DNA from: Candidatus Omnitrophota bacterium
GTDB lineage: Bacteria > Omnitrophota > Gorgyraeia > Gorgyraeales > Gorgyraeaceae
Direction: 5' to 3'
Length of the DNA stretch: 64,000 nucleotides
Assembly: GCA_018819285.1 (NCBI GenBank)
Contig: JAHJQM010000029.1
Span: 280 to 64,279 of the forward strand
Shown here: positions 20,078 to 29,917 of the stretch, in pieces
Position numbering within the stretch: position 1 is the stretch's first letter
Layout of the letters: the number at the start of each line of letters is the position of its first letter
Notes under the pieces: generated by a model
Seen by the model: the letters and a program-made list of their open reading frames with translations, nothing else
The model's database searches: none
What the model was told of the DNA's origin: nothing
Translations under genes and position numbers: made by a program

Positions 20078-20112
20078 AAGTTGACAAACTAACATTGTAA
20101 GAGTGTCAACTT
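20078..20112. repeat. REP-like palindrome family A, copy 5 (identical to copy 4)
   Basis: aagttgacaaactaac-att-gtaagagtgtcaactt. Confidence 0.95.
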
Positions 20113-20119
20113 ACAGAGA

Positions 20120-21172
20120 TTAGAGAGAGATTTGAGATAAGACTGATTGGAGATTTGCGGGAACGACTTTGGGTTCTTTGATGGATTTTATGGCGCGGTC
20201 AGGGTCTTTGAGGCCATGGCCGGTAAGGATGCAGACGAGTTTTGGATTCTTGAAGTTTTTGAAATAACCTTTTTTGGCAAGCTTCATTACACCTGCTACT
20301 GAAGCGGCTGACGCGGGTTCTACAAATACGCCTTCTTTTGACGCGAGAAATTTATACGCTTCCAGTATTTCATCGTCGGAAACCATATCTATGAGACCTT
20401 TGGATTCATCTCTGGCAACTTCGGCCATTTTCCAGCTGGCAGGGTTTCCTATGCGGATAGCGGTAGCAATGGTCTCAGGTTTTTCTATAATCTTGCCTCT
20501 CACTATAGGGGCTGCGCCTTCTGCCTGAAAACCAAGCATTACAGGGAGATTCTTTATCTTCTTTTTTTCTTTATATTCTTTATAGCCTTTCCAGTAGGCA
20601 GTGATATTGCCTGCGTTTCCCACTGGGATAGCGTGAAAATCAGGCGCTGAACCAAGCTGGTCGCATATCTCAAATGAACCTGTTTTCTGGCCTTCTATTC
20701 TGTAAGGATTTATAGAATTTACAAGCTGGATATGTTGCTTGGCAGTGATTTCTTTTACAAGATTAAGCGCGTCATCAAAATTTCCATCAACTGCAATAAC
20801 CTGGGCTCCATGTATAAGCGCCTGGGCAAGCTTACCAAGCGCTATAGCGCCTTTTGGAATTAAAACAATACATTTAATCCCGGCTTTTGCCGAATATGCC
20901 GCCGCTGAGGCAGAGGTATTACCGGTAGAAGCGCACATAACCGCGACATGCTTTTCTTCCAATGCCTTTGAAATAGCAAGAGTCATGCCTCTATCTTTAA
21001 AAGAACCGGTTGGGTTAAGGCCTTCGTATTTTAAATACACTTCGCCAGTGATTAATTTTGAAAGATGGGAAGAATATATAAGAGGGGTATTACCTTCATT
21101 AAGAGTAATTATAGGCGTAGATTCATTAACTGGCAAAAAATCCTTGTATTTATCTACAATACCATTCCACAT
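20120..21172 (-). CDS. thrC: Threonine synthase
   Basis: [38 protein letters not shown]. Confidence 0.97.
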   Translation of the reverse strand: MWNGIVDKYKDFLPVNESTPIITLNEGNTPLIYSSHLSKLITGEVYLKYEGLNPTGSFKDRGMTLAISKALEEKHVAVMCASTGNTSASAAAYSAKAGIKCIVLIPKGAIALGKLAQALIHGAQVIAVDGNFDDALNLVKEITAKQHIQLVNSINPYRIEGQKTGSFEICDQLGSAPDFHAIPVGNAGNITAYWKGYKEYKEKKKIKNLPVMLGFQAEGAAPIVRGKIIEKPETIATAIRIGNPASWKMAEVARDESKGLIDMVSDDEILEAYKFLASKEGVFVEPASAASVAGVMKLAKKGYFKNFKNPKLVCILTGHGLKDPDRAIKSIKEPKVVPANLQSVLSQISL

Positions 21173-21176
21173 AAAA

Positions 21177-22484
21177 TTATTTTTCTAACCTTATAACTAC
21201 ACTTTTCTTTTTTATGGCAGGTAGTTTATTGATCCTGGATAATGCGGCCTGCATGTCCAGCTCTTTTGCCTCATGGGTAAGCATAACTATGGGGACAATA
21301 TGCGCCTCGCGGCGCTCTTTCTGCACAACGCTCGCGATGCTGATATTATGCCTGCCTAAAAGGTCCGCTATGTTCGCGAGGACGCCCGGCTTATCTATAG
21401 CAGAAAAATGCGCGTAGTATCTGGTAATAACCTCGTCCATTTTTCTAAGTTTTTTTATTTCACTATCTTTAGGGATTATCTGCTTCACTGAATTTTTTCC
21501 GCAGACAATATTATGACCAGCATCTACTATGTCGCTTATGACAGCGCTTACGGTAGGCAATTTGCCTGCGCCCTGACCATAGAATAACTGTTTGCCAACC
21601 AGATCAGCTTCTATAAATATCGCGTTATATGCGCCGGAAACAGATGAAAGCAGATGTTCTAAAGGTAAAAGAGTGGGATGTACTCTGGCTTCCAATTCAT
21701 CCCCATGGCATTTTGCTATTGCAAGAAGTTTTATTCCATAACCAAACTCTTTGGCATATTGGATATCTAAATTAGATATATCCTCAATACCTTCGACATA
21801 AATATCATCTAAATCCACTCTTTTTCCAAAAGCCAGAAGCGAAAGTATCGCAAGCTTATGGCTGGAATCCAGGCCTTTTATATCCAAAGAAGGGTCTTTT
21901 TCGGCATAGCCTTTTGACTGCGCTTCCTTAAGAGCAGTTTTAAAGCTTGAGTCCTCACTTGACATGCTGGATAATATGTAATTTGAAGTGCCGTTCAGAA
22001 TCCCGAATACGCTGGAAAATCTATTGCTTACCATGCCTTCGCGTATCGCTTTTATAATAGGGATTCCTCCTGCAACACTTGCCTCAAAATATATTTCTCT
22101 ATTTGAAATTTTGGCCTTCTGGAAAATTTCTTCGCCTTCAGCCGCAAGAAGCAATTTATTCGCAGTAACCACATGCTTGCCTTTTGACAATGCTTTTATC
22201 ACAATCTCTTTTGCAGGATGGATACCGCCTATTAATTCGATAATAATATGAATATCAGGGTCATTGATCACTTTACCAGCGTCTTTAGTAAGCATGCCCT
22301 TAGGGAGATTCACGTCTCTTTTTAAAGACAGGTCCTTGTCGCAGACTAATGAAAGATTAAAATCTATCCCGGTGCGTTTTAATAATAGGCCCTTCCTGGT
22401 CATTAGAAACTTTGCGACGCCAGATCCTATAGTTCCAAAACCTATCAAGCCGATATTTATCTTACTCTGCGATTTTTTATTCAT
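21177..22484 (-). CDS. hom: Homoserine dehydrogenase with ACT domain
   Basis: [43 protein letters not shown]. Confidence 0.97.
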   Translation of the reverse strand: MNKKSQSKINIGLIGFGTIGSGVAKFLMTRKGLLLKRTGIDFNLSLVCDKDLSLKRDVNLPKGMLTKDAGKVINDPDIHIIIELIGGIHPAKEIVIKALSKGKHVVTANKLLLAAEGEEIFQKAKISNREIYFEASVAGGIPIIKAIREGMVSNRFSSVFGILNGTSNYILSSMSSEDSSFKTALKEAQSKGYAEKDPSLDIKGLDSSHKLAILSLLAFGKRVDLDDIYVEGIEDISNLDIQYAKEFGYGIKLLAIAKCHGDELEARVHPTLLPLEHLLSSVSGAYNAIFIEADLVGKQLFYGQGAGKLPTVSAVISDIVDAGHNIVCGKNSVKQIIPKDSEIKKLRKMDEVITRYYAHFSAIDKPGVLANIADLLGRHNISIASVVQKERREAHIVPIVMLTHEAKELDMQAALSRINKLPAIKKKSVVIRLEK

Positions 22485-22845
22485 GATCCACCAATTTTCT
22501 TATAGCCTCTCTTACCTTTTCTTCCACCTCTATAAATCTTGCTCTCGTTTCATACATGATAACTTTTACCCGTTTTATTGAATCAATAACTTGCACTTGC
22601 ACTATAACATAATCCGAAAATTCAGGCAACCTAAGTTTCATCTTCAGCACAACATCCTTTTCAAATTTTCTGTCAGAGATAAACAACATCCCATCTTCAC
22701 ATATATTTTTAGTCTGAGATATGTCGAATTTTAACTCTTCGCTTTTTATAGGCGCATATGAAACAATATAGCTTCCGTTTATCCTCTTAAATCTTCTCCG
22801 CTCAAACTGGATATTGCCAGGCTGGGATTCCTGTTTATTGTCCAA
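22477..22845 (-). CDS. PilZ-domain protein
   Basis: ERRRFKR (RxxxR) and NICEDG ([D/N]xSxxG variant). Confidence 0.8.
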   Translation of the reverse strand: MDNKQESQPGNIQFERRRFKRINGSYIVSYAPIKSEELKFDISQTKNICEDGMLFISDRKFEKDVVLKMKLRLPEFSDYVIVQVQVIDSIKRVKVIMYETRARFIEVEEKVREAIRKLVDHE

Positions 22846-22868
22846 GATAACACCGCCTTTTATATTAA

Positions 22869-22945
22869 TGGTCGGGACGGCTGGATTTGAACCAGCGGCC
22901 CCCTGAACCCCATTCAGGTGCGCTAGCCAGCTGCGCCACGCCCCG
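22869..22945 (-). tRNA. tRNA-Pro (GGG), CCA encoded
   Basis: cggggcgtggcgcagctggctagcgca-cctga-atggggt-tcagg-gggccgctggttcaaatccagccgtcccgacca. Confidence 0.97.
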
Positions 22946-22966
22946 AGCTAAATTCCATGTTTAAAA

Positions 22967-22995
22967 ATTATACCATATATAAAGCGCAGGTTCAA
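22967..22995 (-). promoter_or_regulatory. Sigma70 promoter of tRNA-Pro
   Basis: TTGAAC-17bp-TATAAT with extended TG. Confidence 0.7.
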
Positions 22996-22996
22996 A

Positions 22997-23986
22997 TCAT
23001 TCGGATTTCGGCTCTCTTGTCATTAATTCATTGACTGCTAAAAGAGGCGATTTATTTTCAAATAAAACAGCATGCACCTGCTGGGTAATAGGTAATTCTA
23101 TATTATAAATTTTTCCAAGTTTCACTGCTGCGGCCGAAGTCCATACGCCTTCTATTTCCATGACGCTTTTATTGAGAAGAAGCTCCGGTTTTTTTCCCTT
23201 TCCGATCTCTTCGCCAAATTTATGATTTCTGCCTTCTGAACTAACGCAAGTAGTAATCATATCTCCAAGGCCGCTTAAGCCCTGAAAAGTATCTCTGGAA
23301 CCGCCCATTGCCAAGCCAAGACGAGTCATTTCTATCAGGCCTCTTGTAAGTATGGCTGCTTTTGTATTTGCACCGAAACCCAGGCCATCTGAGATACCTG
23401 ACGCGATCGCTATTATATTTTTAAAAGCTCCTCCCAGCTCAACGCCCGTCACATCTTTATTGGTATAAACCCTGAAACGTTCCGCCCTGAATATATCGCT
23501 AACCTTCCTGGCAAAAATCTCATCCTCTGAAGCCACTACTACAGCTGTTGGAATTCCGCGGCTAACTTCAGGCGCTATACTTGGCCCGGATAAAACAGCT
23601 ATCTCTATATCCCCCAATACCTCTTTAGCGACCTCGCTCATTCTCTTCAGAGACTTCTCTTCTATGCCTTTTACTACGCTTACAAAACCTACCTGCGATT
23701 CTTTTAATATTGTCCTATTTTTCGTGATTACATCCCGTAAAAAACGCGATGGGATCGCAAGGGTTATAATATTAGTGCCTTCGCACGCAGCATACATTTC
23801 ACTTGTAAGCTGGATGCTTTTGGGAATCTTAAAACCAGGTAGAAATTTTTTATTCTCTCCGGCCTTCTTTATAGCTTCTATATCTTCTTTGAAAGCGCCC
23901 CAGAGCGATACATCAAACCCTTTATTTTTCAATAAAATGGCTAACGCAGTGCCCCAACCGCCATTGCCTAAAACTGTTATTTTCAA
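22997..23986 (-). CDS. gpsA: NAD(P)H-dependent glycerol-3-phosphate dehydrogenase
   Basis: GNGGWGTALA, LSGPSIA, GVELGGAFKN, GLSGLGD. Confidence 0.96.
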   Translation of the reverse strand: MKITVLGNGGWGTALAILLKNKGFDVSLWGAFKEDIEAIKKAGENKKFLPGFKIPKSIQLTSEMYAACEGTNIITLAIPSRFLRDVITKNRTILKESQVGFVSVVKGIEEKSLKRMSEVAKEVLGDIEIAVLSGPSIAPEVSRGIPTAVVVASEDEIFARKVSDIFRAERFRVYTNKDVTGVELGGAFKNIIAIASGISDGLGFGANTKAAILTRGLIEMTRLGLAMGGSRDTFQGLSGLGDMITTCVSSEGRNHKFGEEIGKGKKPELLLNKSVMEIEGVWTSAAAVKLGKIYNIELPITQQVHAVLFENKSPLLAVNELMTREPKSE

Positions 23987-24008
23987 TCTAGCCCCCTAAA
24001 TTGATTAA

Positions 24009-24037
24009 AGTTTATCATATGCCGATAAGCTAGTCAA
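24009..24037 (-). promoter_or_regulatory. Sigma70 promoter of gpsA
   Basis: TTGACT-17bp-TAAACT with extended TG. Confidence 0.6.
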
Positions 24038-24146
24038 TATATGATTATCATTAATACTTGAGATGCTCCTATTCGTCGCATCTCGAGTATTAATTCGCAC
24101 TTATCGTTTACGAATTTCAAAAAAATTCGTAAACGATGTGCTCATT

Positions 24147-24186
24147 AAAAAACCCCGGCCTTTTAACTATCAAAAAGGTCGGGGTT
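24147..24186 (-). terminator. Intrinsic terminator
   Basis: AACCCCGACCUUUU...AAAAGGCCGGGGUU then U-tract. Confidence 0.75.
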
Positions 24187-24228
24187 ACCAAGGAGTAAAG
24201 ATTGAAACTATAGAACCACCTCCTTATA

Positions 24229-24588
24229 TTAAGGTTGTGTGTATAGAAAATCCATTTCGAAAGAATGCTTAAATGCTACTGAATAAATATCACATCCAGA
24301 TACTGCATAAAACCTGCCAACAACATCACATATAAATATATCTTTATTAAGCTTTGTATCGCGTTTTTTAACGATAAAGATATGCCTTTTATTGGCATTC
24401 AGGCCAATAGTCTTTTTCCATTCTGCCAGCTCTTTCAGGGTTTTAAATTCATTACAAGCTCCTAGTATATAAGTAGAATGCCTCTGAGTTTTAGTAGTAA
24501 CCCCGTTTTTATCAATTGTTTCAGAGACATAGAGGTCTTTTCTTTTTTTATCCCCTGAAATTATGTTTTTGAATAATAACTCTCTCAT
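24229..24588 (-). CDS. Hypothetical protein
   Basis: 119-aa ORF with SD (AAGAGG) and ATG; no recognisable motif. Confidence 0.7.
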   Translation of the reverse strand: MRELLFKNIISGDKKRKDLYVSETIDKNGVTTKTQRHSTYILGACNEFKTLKELAEWKKTIGLNANKRHIFIVKKRDTKLNKDIFICDVVGRFYAVSGCDIYSVAFKHSFEMDFLYTQP

Positions 24589-24671
24589 TTTGGCCTCTTA
24601 ATTTAAAACTTTTTAAATCTATTTACCATAATAGCAAAAAAAATAATCTTCTTTTTCTTACTTAAAGTATA

Positions 24672-25196
24672 TCATACGTTTAAATTTTTGTCAAATTTGG
24701 CAAAAGAAATAATAAATAACGCAGTTCCTATTGTAATTGAGGAATCTGCGATATTGAAAACTGGCCATATTCTAAAATCAATAAAATCAATAACATACCG
24801 CAAGTTAACCCTATCTATCAGATTACCGAGTGCTCCTGATATTATAAGGACCAGGCTAAAATTGCAAAGAAAATTATCCAGGAAGCTGCCTTTTCTGATA
24901 GCCTTTACAAGAATAGCTCCTATCATTATCACTGCAATTACTGATACCACAATAAAAAAATAGGTGCTGTTTTTAAAAATCCCGAAAGCTGCGCCTGTAT
25001 TTTTTACAAACGTGATATGCAAAATATCTTTTATTATAGGTATGGATTGGCCGACGTATAACTTTGAAGAAATAGCTGCCTTGGAAACCTGGTCTATTAA
25101 TAGGAGTAAAAAAATGGAAAGAATGCTTATGGCGCTACTTATTCTTTTCTTCTTTCGACTTGCATTGTATGCAATATTTGGCATATGGGACGGCAC
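24672..25196 (-). CDS. lspA: Lipoprotein signal peptidase II (start codon uncertain)
   Basis: DQVSK, NTGAAFG, GALGNLIDR, VIDFI, FNIADSSI. Confidence 0.95.
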   Translation of the reverse strand: MPSHMPNIAYNASRKKKRISSAISILSIFLLLLIDQVSKAAISSKLYVGQSIPIIKDILHITFVKNTGAAFGIFKNSTYFFIVVSVIAVIMIGAILVKAIRKGSFLDNFLCNFSLVLIISGALGNLIDRVNLRYVIDFIDFRIWPVFNIADSSITIGTALFIISFAKFDKNLNV

Positions 25197-25506
25197 TAAG
25201 GCGTTTCTGAGGTATTTTTTTTTCGCAGGAAATACATTTTCCGAATTTACCCTCTTCTATACGCTTCAACGCCTCATCAATTTCGTATACAATCTCCTGC
25301 TCTCCGCCGGCAATATTCAGGCTCAACTCTCTGTCATAGCTGTCGCTTGCCATATCTGCCATATGGAAACTATATCCGGAAAGATCGCCTGACGATTCCT
25401 TCTGAGACTTATGGCTCTCTTTGGTTATATGGTTTATATCGCCTGCGATGTCTTCTCTCACTTTTATCAAAAGTTTCTTGTATTTTGCCAGCTCTTGTTT
25501 CATCAT
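25135..25506 (-). CDS. DksA/TraR C4-type zinc finger protein
   Basis: HMADMASD, EIDEALKRI..FGKCISC..I..RL.AVPYAKYCIQC. Confidence 0.92.
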   Translation of the reverse strand: MMKQELAKYKKLLIKVREDIAGDINHITKESHKSQKESSGDLSGYSFHMADMASDSYDRELSLNIAGGEQEIVYEIDEALKRIEEGKFGKCISCEKKIPQKRLSAVPYAKYCIQCKSKEEKNK

Positions 25507-28241
25507 TATATTTTATCCCCTGTTACAACACCAGCGCATCTCTCACAAAGTGTTGGATTATTCTCATTTTTTCCGACTAACGCGCTCCAGTTCCAACAAC
25601 GGCTGCATTTTTTACCGTCTGCCTTAGTGACCTGGATATCTAATTTATCTCCTTTTATAAGCTCTACCTGTGAAACTATAAATATGTAACGTAAGGTCTC
25701 CAGGTATTTATTTAAAAATTCGTATTCTTCCTTGCCACTCGCAACAAGCGCCACCTTTGCTTCAAGGGGGCTACCTATTAATTTAGCGATCCTTTTTTCC
25801 TCAAGGGCTTTTAAAACTTCCTCTCTTAAATTTATTAACCGCTGCCATCTGGCCTCAAGTTCAAAGTCAATTAAATCGTCTTCGACTTTCGGCCAGTCTG
25901 CCAGATGTACTGAGCCCTCTTTATTAAAATATCCCCATATCTCTTCTGCTGTAAACGGAGTTATGGGAGCCATAAGCCTGGTAAGAACGCTCAATATTTT
26001 ATAAAGAACTGTCTGGCCGGATCTCCTAGCCTTTGACCTAGCTCCAAAAGTATACAGCCTATCCTTTAAAATATCAAGATAAAAATTCGACATGTCAAGA
26101 ATGCAAAATTTATAGGTGGCGCTAGCAACTTCATGAAACATGAAGCGTTCAAAGGAATCTGTTACTTCTTTAAGCACAGAATTCAGCCTGGAAAGAGCCC
26201 ATCTATCAATCTCCAAGAGATCTTTATCGGATATTGAGTCTTTTTCCGGGTCAAAATCATAGAGATTTCCAAGAAGATATTTTGCAGTATTCCTGAATTT
26301 ACGATACGCCTCTACGGTACGGTCCAAAATTTCTTCTGAGACTCTCACGTCGTCAAAATAAGACGATGAACTCGCCCAGAGCCTCAGGACATCTGCGCCT
26401 TTTTTCGAAATCACTTCCTGCGGGCTCACTACATTGCCGGCTGATTTGGACATCTTTTTGCCAGCACCATCCACCACAAAACCGTGAGTAAGCACATTTT
26501 TAAATGGGGACTTCTTTTCAACTCCCATGCCAATTAGAATAGAACTCTGGAACCAGCCCCTATGCTGGTCGCTGCCTTCAAGGTATAAATCCGCAGGAAA
26601 GCCAAGGTCTTTATTTATTCTCAGGACCCCTTGATGGCTTGCGCCTGATTCAAACCATACATCAAGGATATCTGTTTCTTTGTTAAATTCTTCATTGCCG
26701 CATTTTTTACATTTAAAACCATCTGGCGCAAAACTCTTTGCAGGCTTTGAAAACCATGAATCAGAACCGCTTGAACCAAAAGTCTCTTCTATCTTTTTCA
26801 TCACTTCGCTATCTATTATTTCCGAATTACAAGAGGCGCAATATAATATAGGTATAGGCACGCCCCAGTAACGCTGCCTGGAAAGGCACCAATCAGGCCG
26901 CAGTTCTATCATGCTGGAAATGCGCTTCTCGCCTATATCAGGCACCCATTTTATCTCTTTTATCTCGTTAAGGGTTTTTTGCCTGAGGCCATTCCTATCC
27001 ACCCCCAGGAACCATTGTTTTGTGGCGCGAAATAAAAGCGGCGAATGGCAGCGCCAGCAATACGGATATGAATGAGTTGTCTTTAAGGATATTAAAAGCG
27101 CCTTTTTATCTGAAAGGATTTTAAGGATAATGTCATTGGCTTCCAATATCGGCTTACAGACTATTTCATCAGGAACTTCAAAAGAATCTATTTTTTTAAA
27201 CCTGCCCTTTTCATCAACAGGCATAATGACTGGCAGATTATACTTAAGGCCTACTTCATAGTCTTCTTGGCCATGGCCAGGCGCGATATGGACACAGCCT
27301 GTGCCGTCTTCATTTGAAACATAATCCGCCAGGACAACTTTTGAAGGCCGGTTTAAAAACGGGTGGCTGGCAATCATCCCTTCCAAATCTTTACCCTTTA
27401 CAGTTTTTGTGATATCTCCGGCTACGCCGAGTTTTTTTAACACAGTTTCCATAAGGTCTTCGGCTAATATCAGAGTGCCAAAGCTATCGGTCTTAATAAA
27501 CACATATTTCAGATCCGGGTGGACCGCTATTGCTACGTTTGAAACTAATGTCCACGGCGTAGTAGTCCACACGAGAAACGCCAGCGGCTCATTTTTTATT
27601 TCAAACCTGACATAAATAGACGGTGAAATATGTTCTTCATATTCAACCTCGGCTTCCGCGAGAGCGGTTTCGCATTTTGAGCACCAGTTTATCGGCTTAA
27701 GGCCTCTGTAGATAAAACCGTCTTTTGCGAGCTTATTGAAACTTGCCACTACTTGTTTTTCGTATTCCGGTTTCAAAGTCAAGTATGGGTTGTCCCAATC
27801 GCCAAAAATACCCAGTCTTTCGAATTCAACCTTCTGGATCTCTACAAATTTCATCGCGAATTCATGGGCCATTTTTCTGAATTCTACCTGGTTCACGTCA
27901 TGTTTTGTCTTTTTTATATCCTTAAAAAGCTGATGTTCTATCGGCATGCCATGGCAATCCCAGCCAGGGACATAAGGCGCGTCAAAACCCTGCATTGTTT
28001 TAAATTTAATAACAATGTCTTTCAAGGTTTTATTCAACGCATGGCCTATGTGGATATTCCCATTTGCGTATGGCGGGCCGTCGTGGAGTATGTATCTAGG
28101 CTTGCCTTTCTGTTTCTGGCGTATCTTTTGATAGATATCCATCTTCTCCCATTTTTCTAGAATGACAGGCTCTTTATCAGACAGATTGGCCTTCATTGGA
28201 AAATCAGTCTTGGGTAGGTTTAAGGTATTTTTATATTCCAT
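25506..28241 (-). CDS. ileS: Isoleucyl-tRNA synthetase
   Basis: HDGPPYANGNIHIGH, KMSKS, C-terminal zinc finger. Confidence 0.98.
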   Translation of the reverse strand: MEYKNTLNLPKTDFPMKANLSDKEPVILEKWEKMDIYQKIRQKQKGKPRYILHDGPPYANGNIHIGHALNKTLKDIVIKFKTMQGFDAPYVPGWDCHGMPIEHQLFKDIKKTKHDVNQVEFRKMAHEFAMKFVEIQKVEFERLGIFGDWDNPYLTLKPEYEKQVVASFNKLAKDGFIYRGLKPINWCSKCETALAEAEVEYEEHISPSIYVRFEIKNEPLAFLVWTTTPWTLVSNVAIAVHPDLKYVFIKTDSFGTLILAEDLMETVLKKLGVAGDITKTVKGKDLEGMIASHPFLNRPSKVVLADYVSNEDGTGCVHIAPGHGQEDYEVGLKYNLPVIMPVDEKGRFKKIDSFEVPDEIVCKPILEANDIILKILSDKKALLISLKTTHSYPYCWRCHSPLLFRATKQWFLGVDRNGLRQKTLNEIKEIKWVPDIGEKRISSMIELRPDWCLSRQRYWGVPIPILYCASCNSEIIDSEVMKKIEETFGSSGSDSWFSKPAKSFAPDGFKCKKCGNEEFNKETDILDVWFESGASHQGVLRINKDLGFPADLYLEGSDQHRGWFQSSILIGMGVEKKSPFKNVLTHGFVVDGAGKKMSKSAGNVVSPQEVISKKGADVLRLWASSSSYFDDVRVSEEILDRTVEAYRKFRNTAKYLLGNLYDFDPEKDSISDKDLLEIDRWALSRLNSVLKEVTDSFERFMFHEVASATYKFCILDMSNFYLDILKDRLYTFGARSKARRSGQTVLYKILSVLTRLMAPITPFTAEEIWGYFNKEGSVHLADWPKVEDDLIDFELEARWQRLINLREEVLKALEEKRIAKLIGSPLEAKVALVASGKEEYEFLNKYLETLRYIFIVSQVELIKGDKLDIQVTKADGKKCSRCWNWSALVGKNENNPTLCERCAGVVTGDKI

Positions 28242-28242
28242 A

Positions 28243-29094
28243 TCACATATATTTCCCTATTATTATGTCCAGCTTTTCTTTTATGCGTTCGGGTATAAGT
28301 TTTTTGTCAGTCACTATAGCGTATTTAAGGGCGTCCCTGCAAGCGCATTTTCTTTCATCTTTAAGCTGGGGCAATACTTCTTTTATTAATTTTTTTGCTG
28401 TATCTACATTTTTCAGTAAATTTCCTATTACCATTTCAATGTTCACTTCTTCCTCATACCAGCAGTCATAATCAGTTACAAGAGCGATTGTCGCAAAACA
28501 CATTTCCGCCTCTCTTGCAAGCCTTGCCTCAGGCATATTAGTCATCCCTATAATATCCATACCCCAGCTTTTGTATAGATGAGACTCTGCCCTTGTAGAA
28601 AAAGCCGGGCCTTCCATATTAAGGTATATGCCTTTGTCGTGCATTGTAATCCCTGATTTTTTGCCTGTATCGTAAATTATTTTCCTTAGATGGCTGCACA
28701 CGGGATCTGCGAAACTTACGTGGGCGACTATGCCCTGTCCGAAAAATGTAGTTTTGCGGCCCTGATTGGTCCTGTCTACAAACTGATCAGGAAGCACTAT
28801 ATCCAGAGGCTTCAATTCTTTTTTAAAACTTCCTACCGCTGATATAGATAGCAGCTGTTCTACGCCAAGTTTTTTCATAGCGTATATATTTGCCCTGTAA
28901 TTGAGCTCTGTAGGTAAAATCGTATGGCCCCTTTTGTGCCGGGCTAGAAATACTACCTCCACGCCTTCGAGATTTCCGATAATAAAATTATCAGACGGCT
29001 CGCCAAAAGGCGTTTCCACTGTAATTTCCTTTATGTCTTTTAATACATCTATCTGATATAACCCGCTACCGCCAATAATCCCTACCTTCGGCAT
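28243..29094 (-). CDS. mtnP: S-methyl-5'-thioadenosine phosphorylase
   Basis: GIIGGSGLY, NYRANIYA, MEGPAFSTRAES, VTDYDCW; start trimmed to ATG 29094. Confidence 0.95.
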   Translation of the reverse strand: MPKVGIIGGSGLYQIDVLKDIKEITVETPFGEPSDNFIIGNLEGVEVVFLARHKRGHTILPTELNYRANIYAMKKLGVEQLLSISAVGSFKKELKPLDIVLPDQFVDRTNQGRKTTFFGQGIVAHVSFADPVCSHLRKIIYDTGKKSGITMHDKGIYLNMEGPAFSTRAESHLYKSWGMDIIGMTNMPEARLAREAEMCFATIALVTDYDCWYEEEVNIEMVIGNLLKNVDTAKKLIKEVLPQLKDERKCACRDALKYAIVTDKKLIPERIKEKLDIIIGKYM

Positions 29095-29119
29095 ACTTCC
29101 TCCTATCCTATAACCCAAT

Positions 29120-29154
29120 AAGTTGACACTCTAACATTGTCATGTTGTCAACTT
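29120..29154. repeat. REP-like palindrome family A, copy 6; encodes the last codons and stop of proC
   Basis: aagttgacactctaac-att-gtcatgttgtcaactt. Confidence 0.93.
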
Positions 29155-29907
29155 GCTGGAGCGGTGGGCTGCGTGCTTAACCGCCTTTTTTAAGATTGCT
29201 TCTAATTTTTCCTGCTTAAACACCTTCAGGGCGGCTTCGGTGGTGCCGCCTTTGGAGGCAACCTTTTTTACCAGATCTTCTATGGGTAAATTTTTGGATT
29301 TAATAACCTCTGCTGCTCCGATAAATGTAGCCTTGGCTAATTTTAAGGCAAGGTCTTTTTTAAAACCTTGCGCCTCAGCTGCTTTGGCCAATAAATACGT
29401 GAATAAGAAATAATACGCAGGGCCTGAGCCGCTTACAGCAGTAACAGCGTCCATCATCTTCTCTTTAACCTCTACAATCTCGCCAAGATTTGAAAAAATC
29501 CTGTCCGCTATTTTAAAATCTTCTGCTTTAGCGAATCTACCGCGGCTTATGGCAGAAATGCCTTTTCCGACCATGGCAGGCATATTGGGCATAACCCTGA
29601 TTACCTTTATTCTGCCCAAAACCTTTTCTATAAAGAGCGTGGTTACGCCCGCAGCTATGGAAATAATAAGCTTTTCTTTTGCGTAAGGCTTTATGTCTTC
29701 TAAAACGCCTCTTATATCCTGCGGCTTTACAGCCAGGATGATAATATTTGACTGCCTGGCTAAATCAATATTATTACGAGCTATAGAAATATTTTTATAT
29801 TTAATGTTGCGTAATTTAGATATATCCGAGTCGCTAACGAGCACCTTCTCTTTAATGCCTAACGCTATTATCATTCCCATATTGCCTGCGCCGATAATGC
29901 TGATCAT
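29140..29907 (-). CDS. proC: Pyrroline-5-carboxylate reductase
   Basis: GAGNMG, LAVKPQ, RVMPNMP, SGSGPAY, SKGGTT. Confidence 0.96.
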   Translation of the reverse strand: MISIIGAGNMGMIIALGIKEKVLVSDSDISKLRNIKYKNISIARNNIDLARQSNIIILAVKPQDIRGVLEDIKPYAKEKLIISIAAGVTTLFIEKVLGRIKVIRVMPNMPAMVGKGISAISRGRFAKAEDFKIADRIFSNLGEIVEVKEKMMDAVTAVSGSGPAYYFLFTYLLAKAAEAQGFKKDLALKLAKATFIGAAEVIKSKNLPIEDLVKKVASKGGTTEAALKVFKQEKLEAILKKAVKHAAHRSSKLTT

Positions 29908-29917
29908 ATTTTACCTC

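Noticed and set aside
19961-20112. Two identical 35-bp palindromic repeats as a CRISPR mini-array
   Set aside because: Only two units, an 82-bp spacer, no cas genes; the same repeat is dispersed singly across the window and flanks a RAYT gene
22869-22945. tRNA-Pro as an integration site
   Set aside because: No integrase and no duplicated tRNA 3' end noticed; housekeeping genes on both sides
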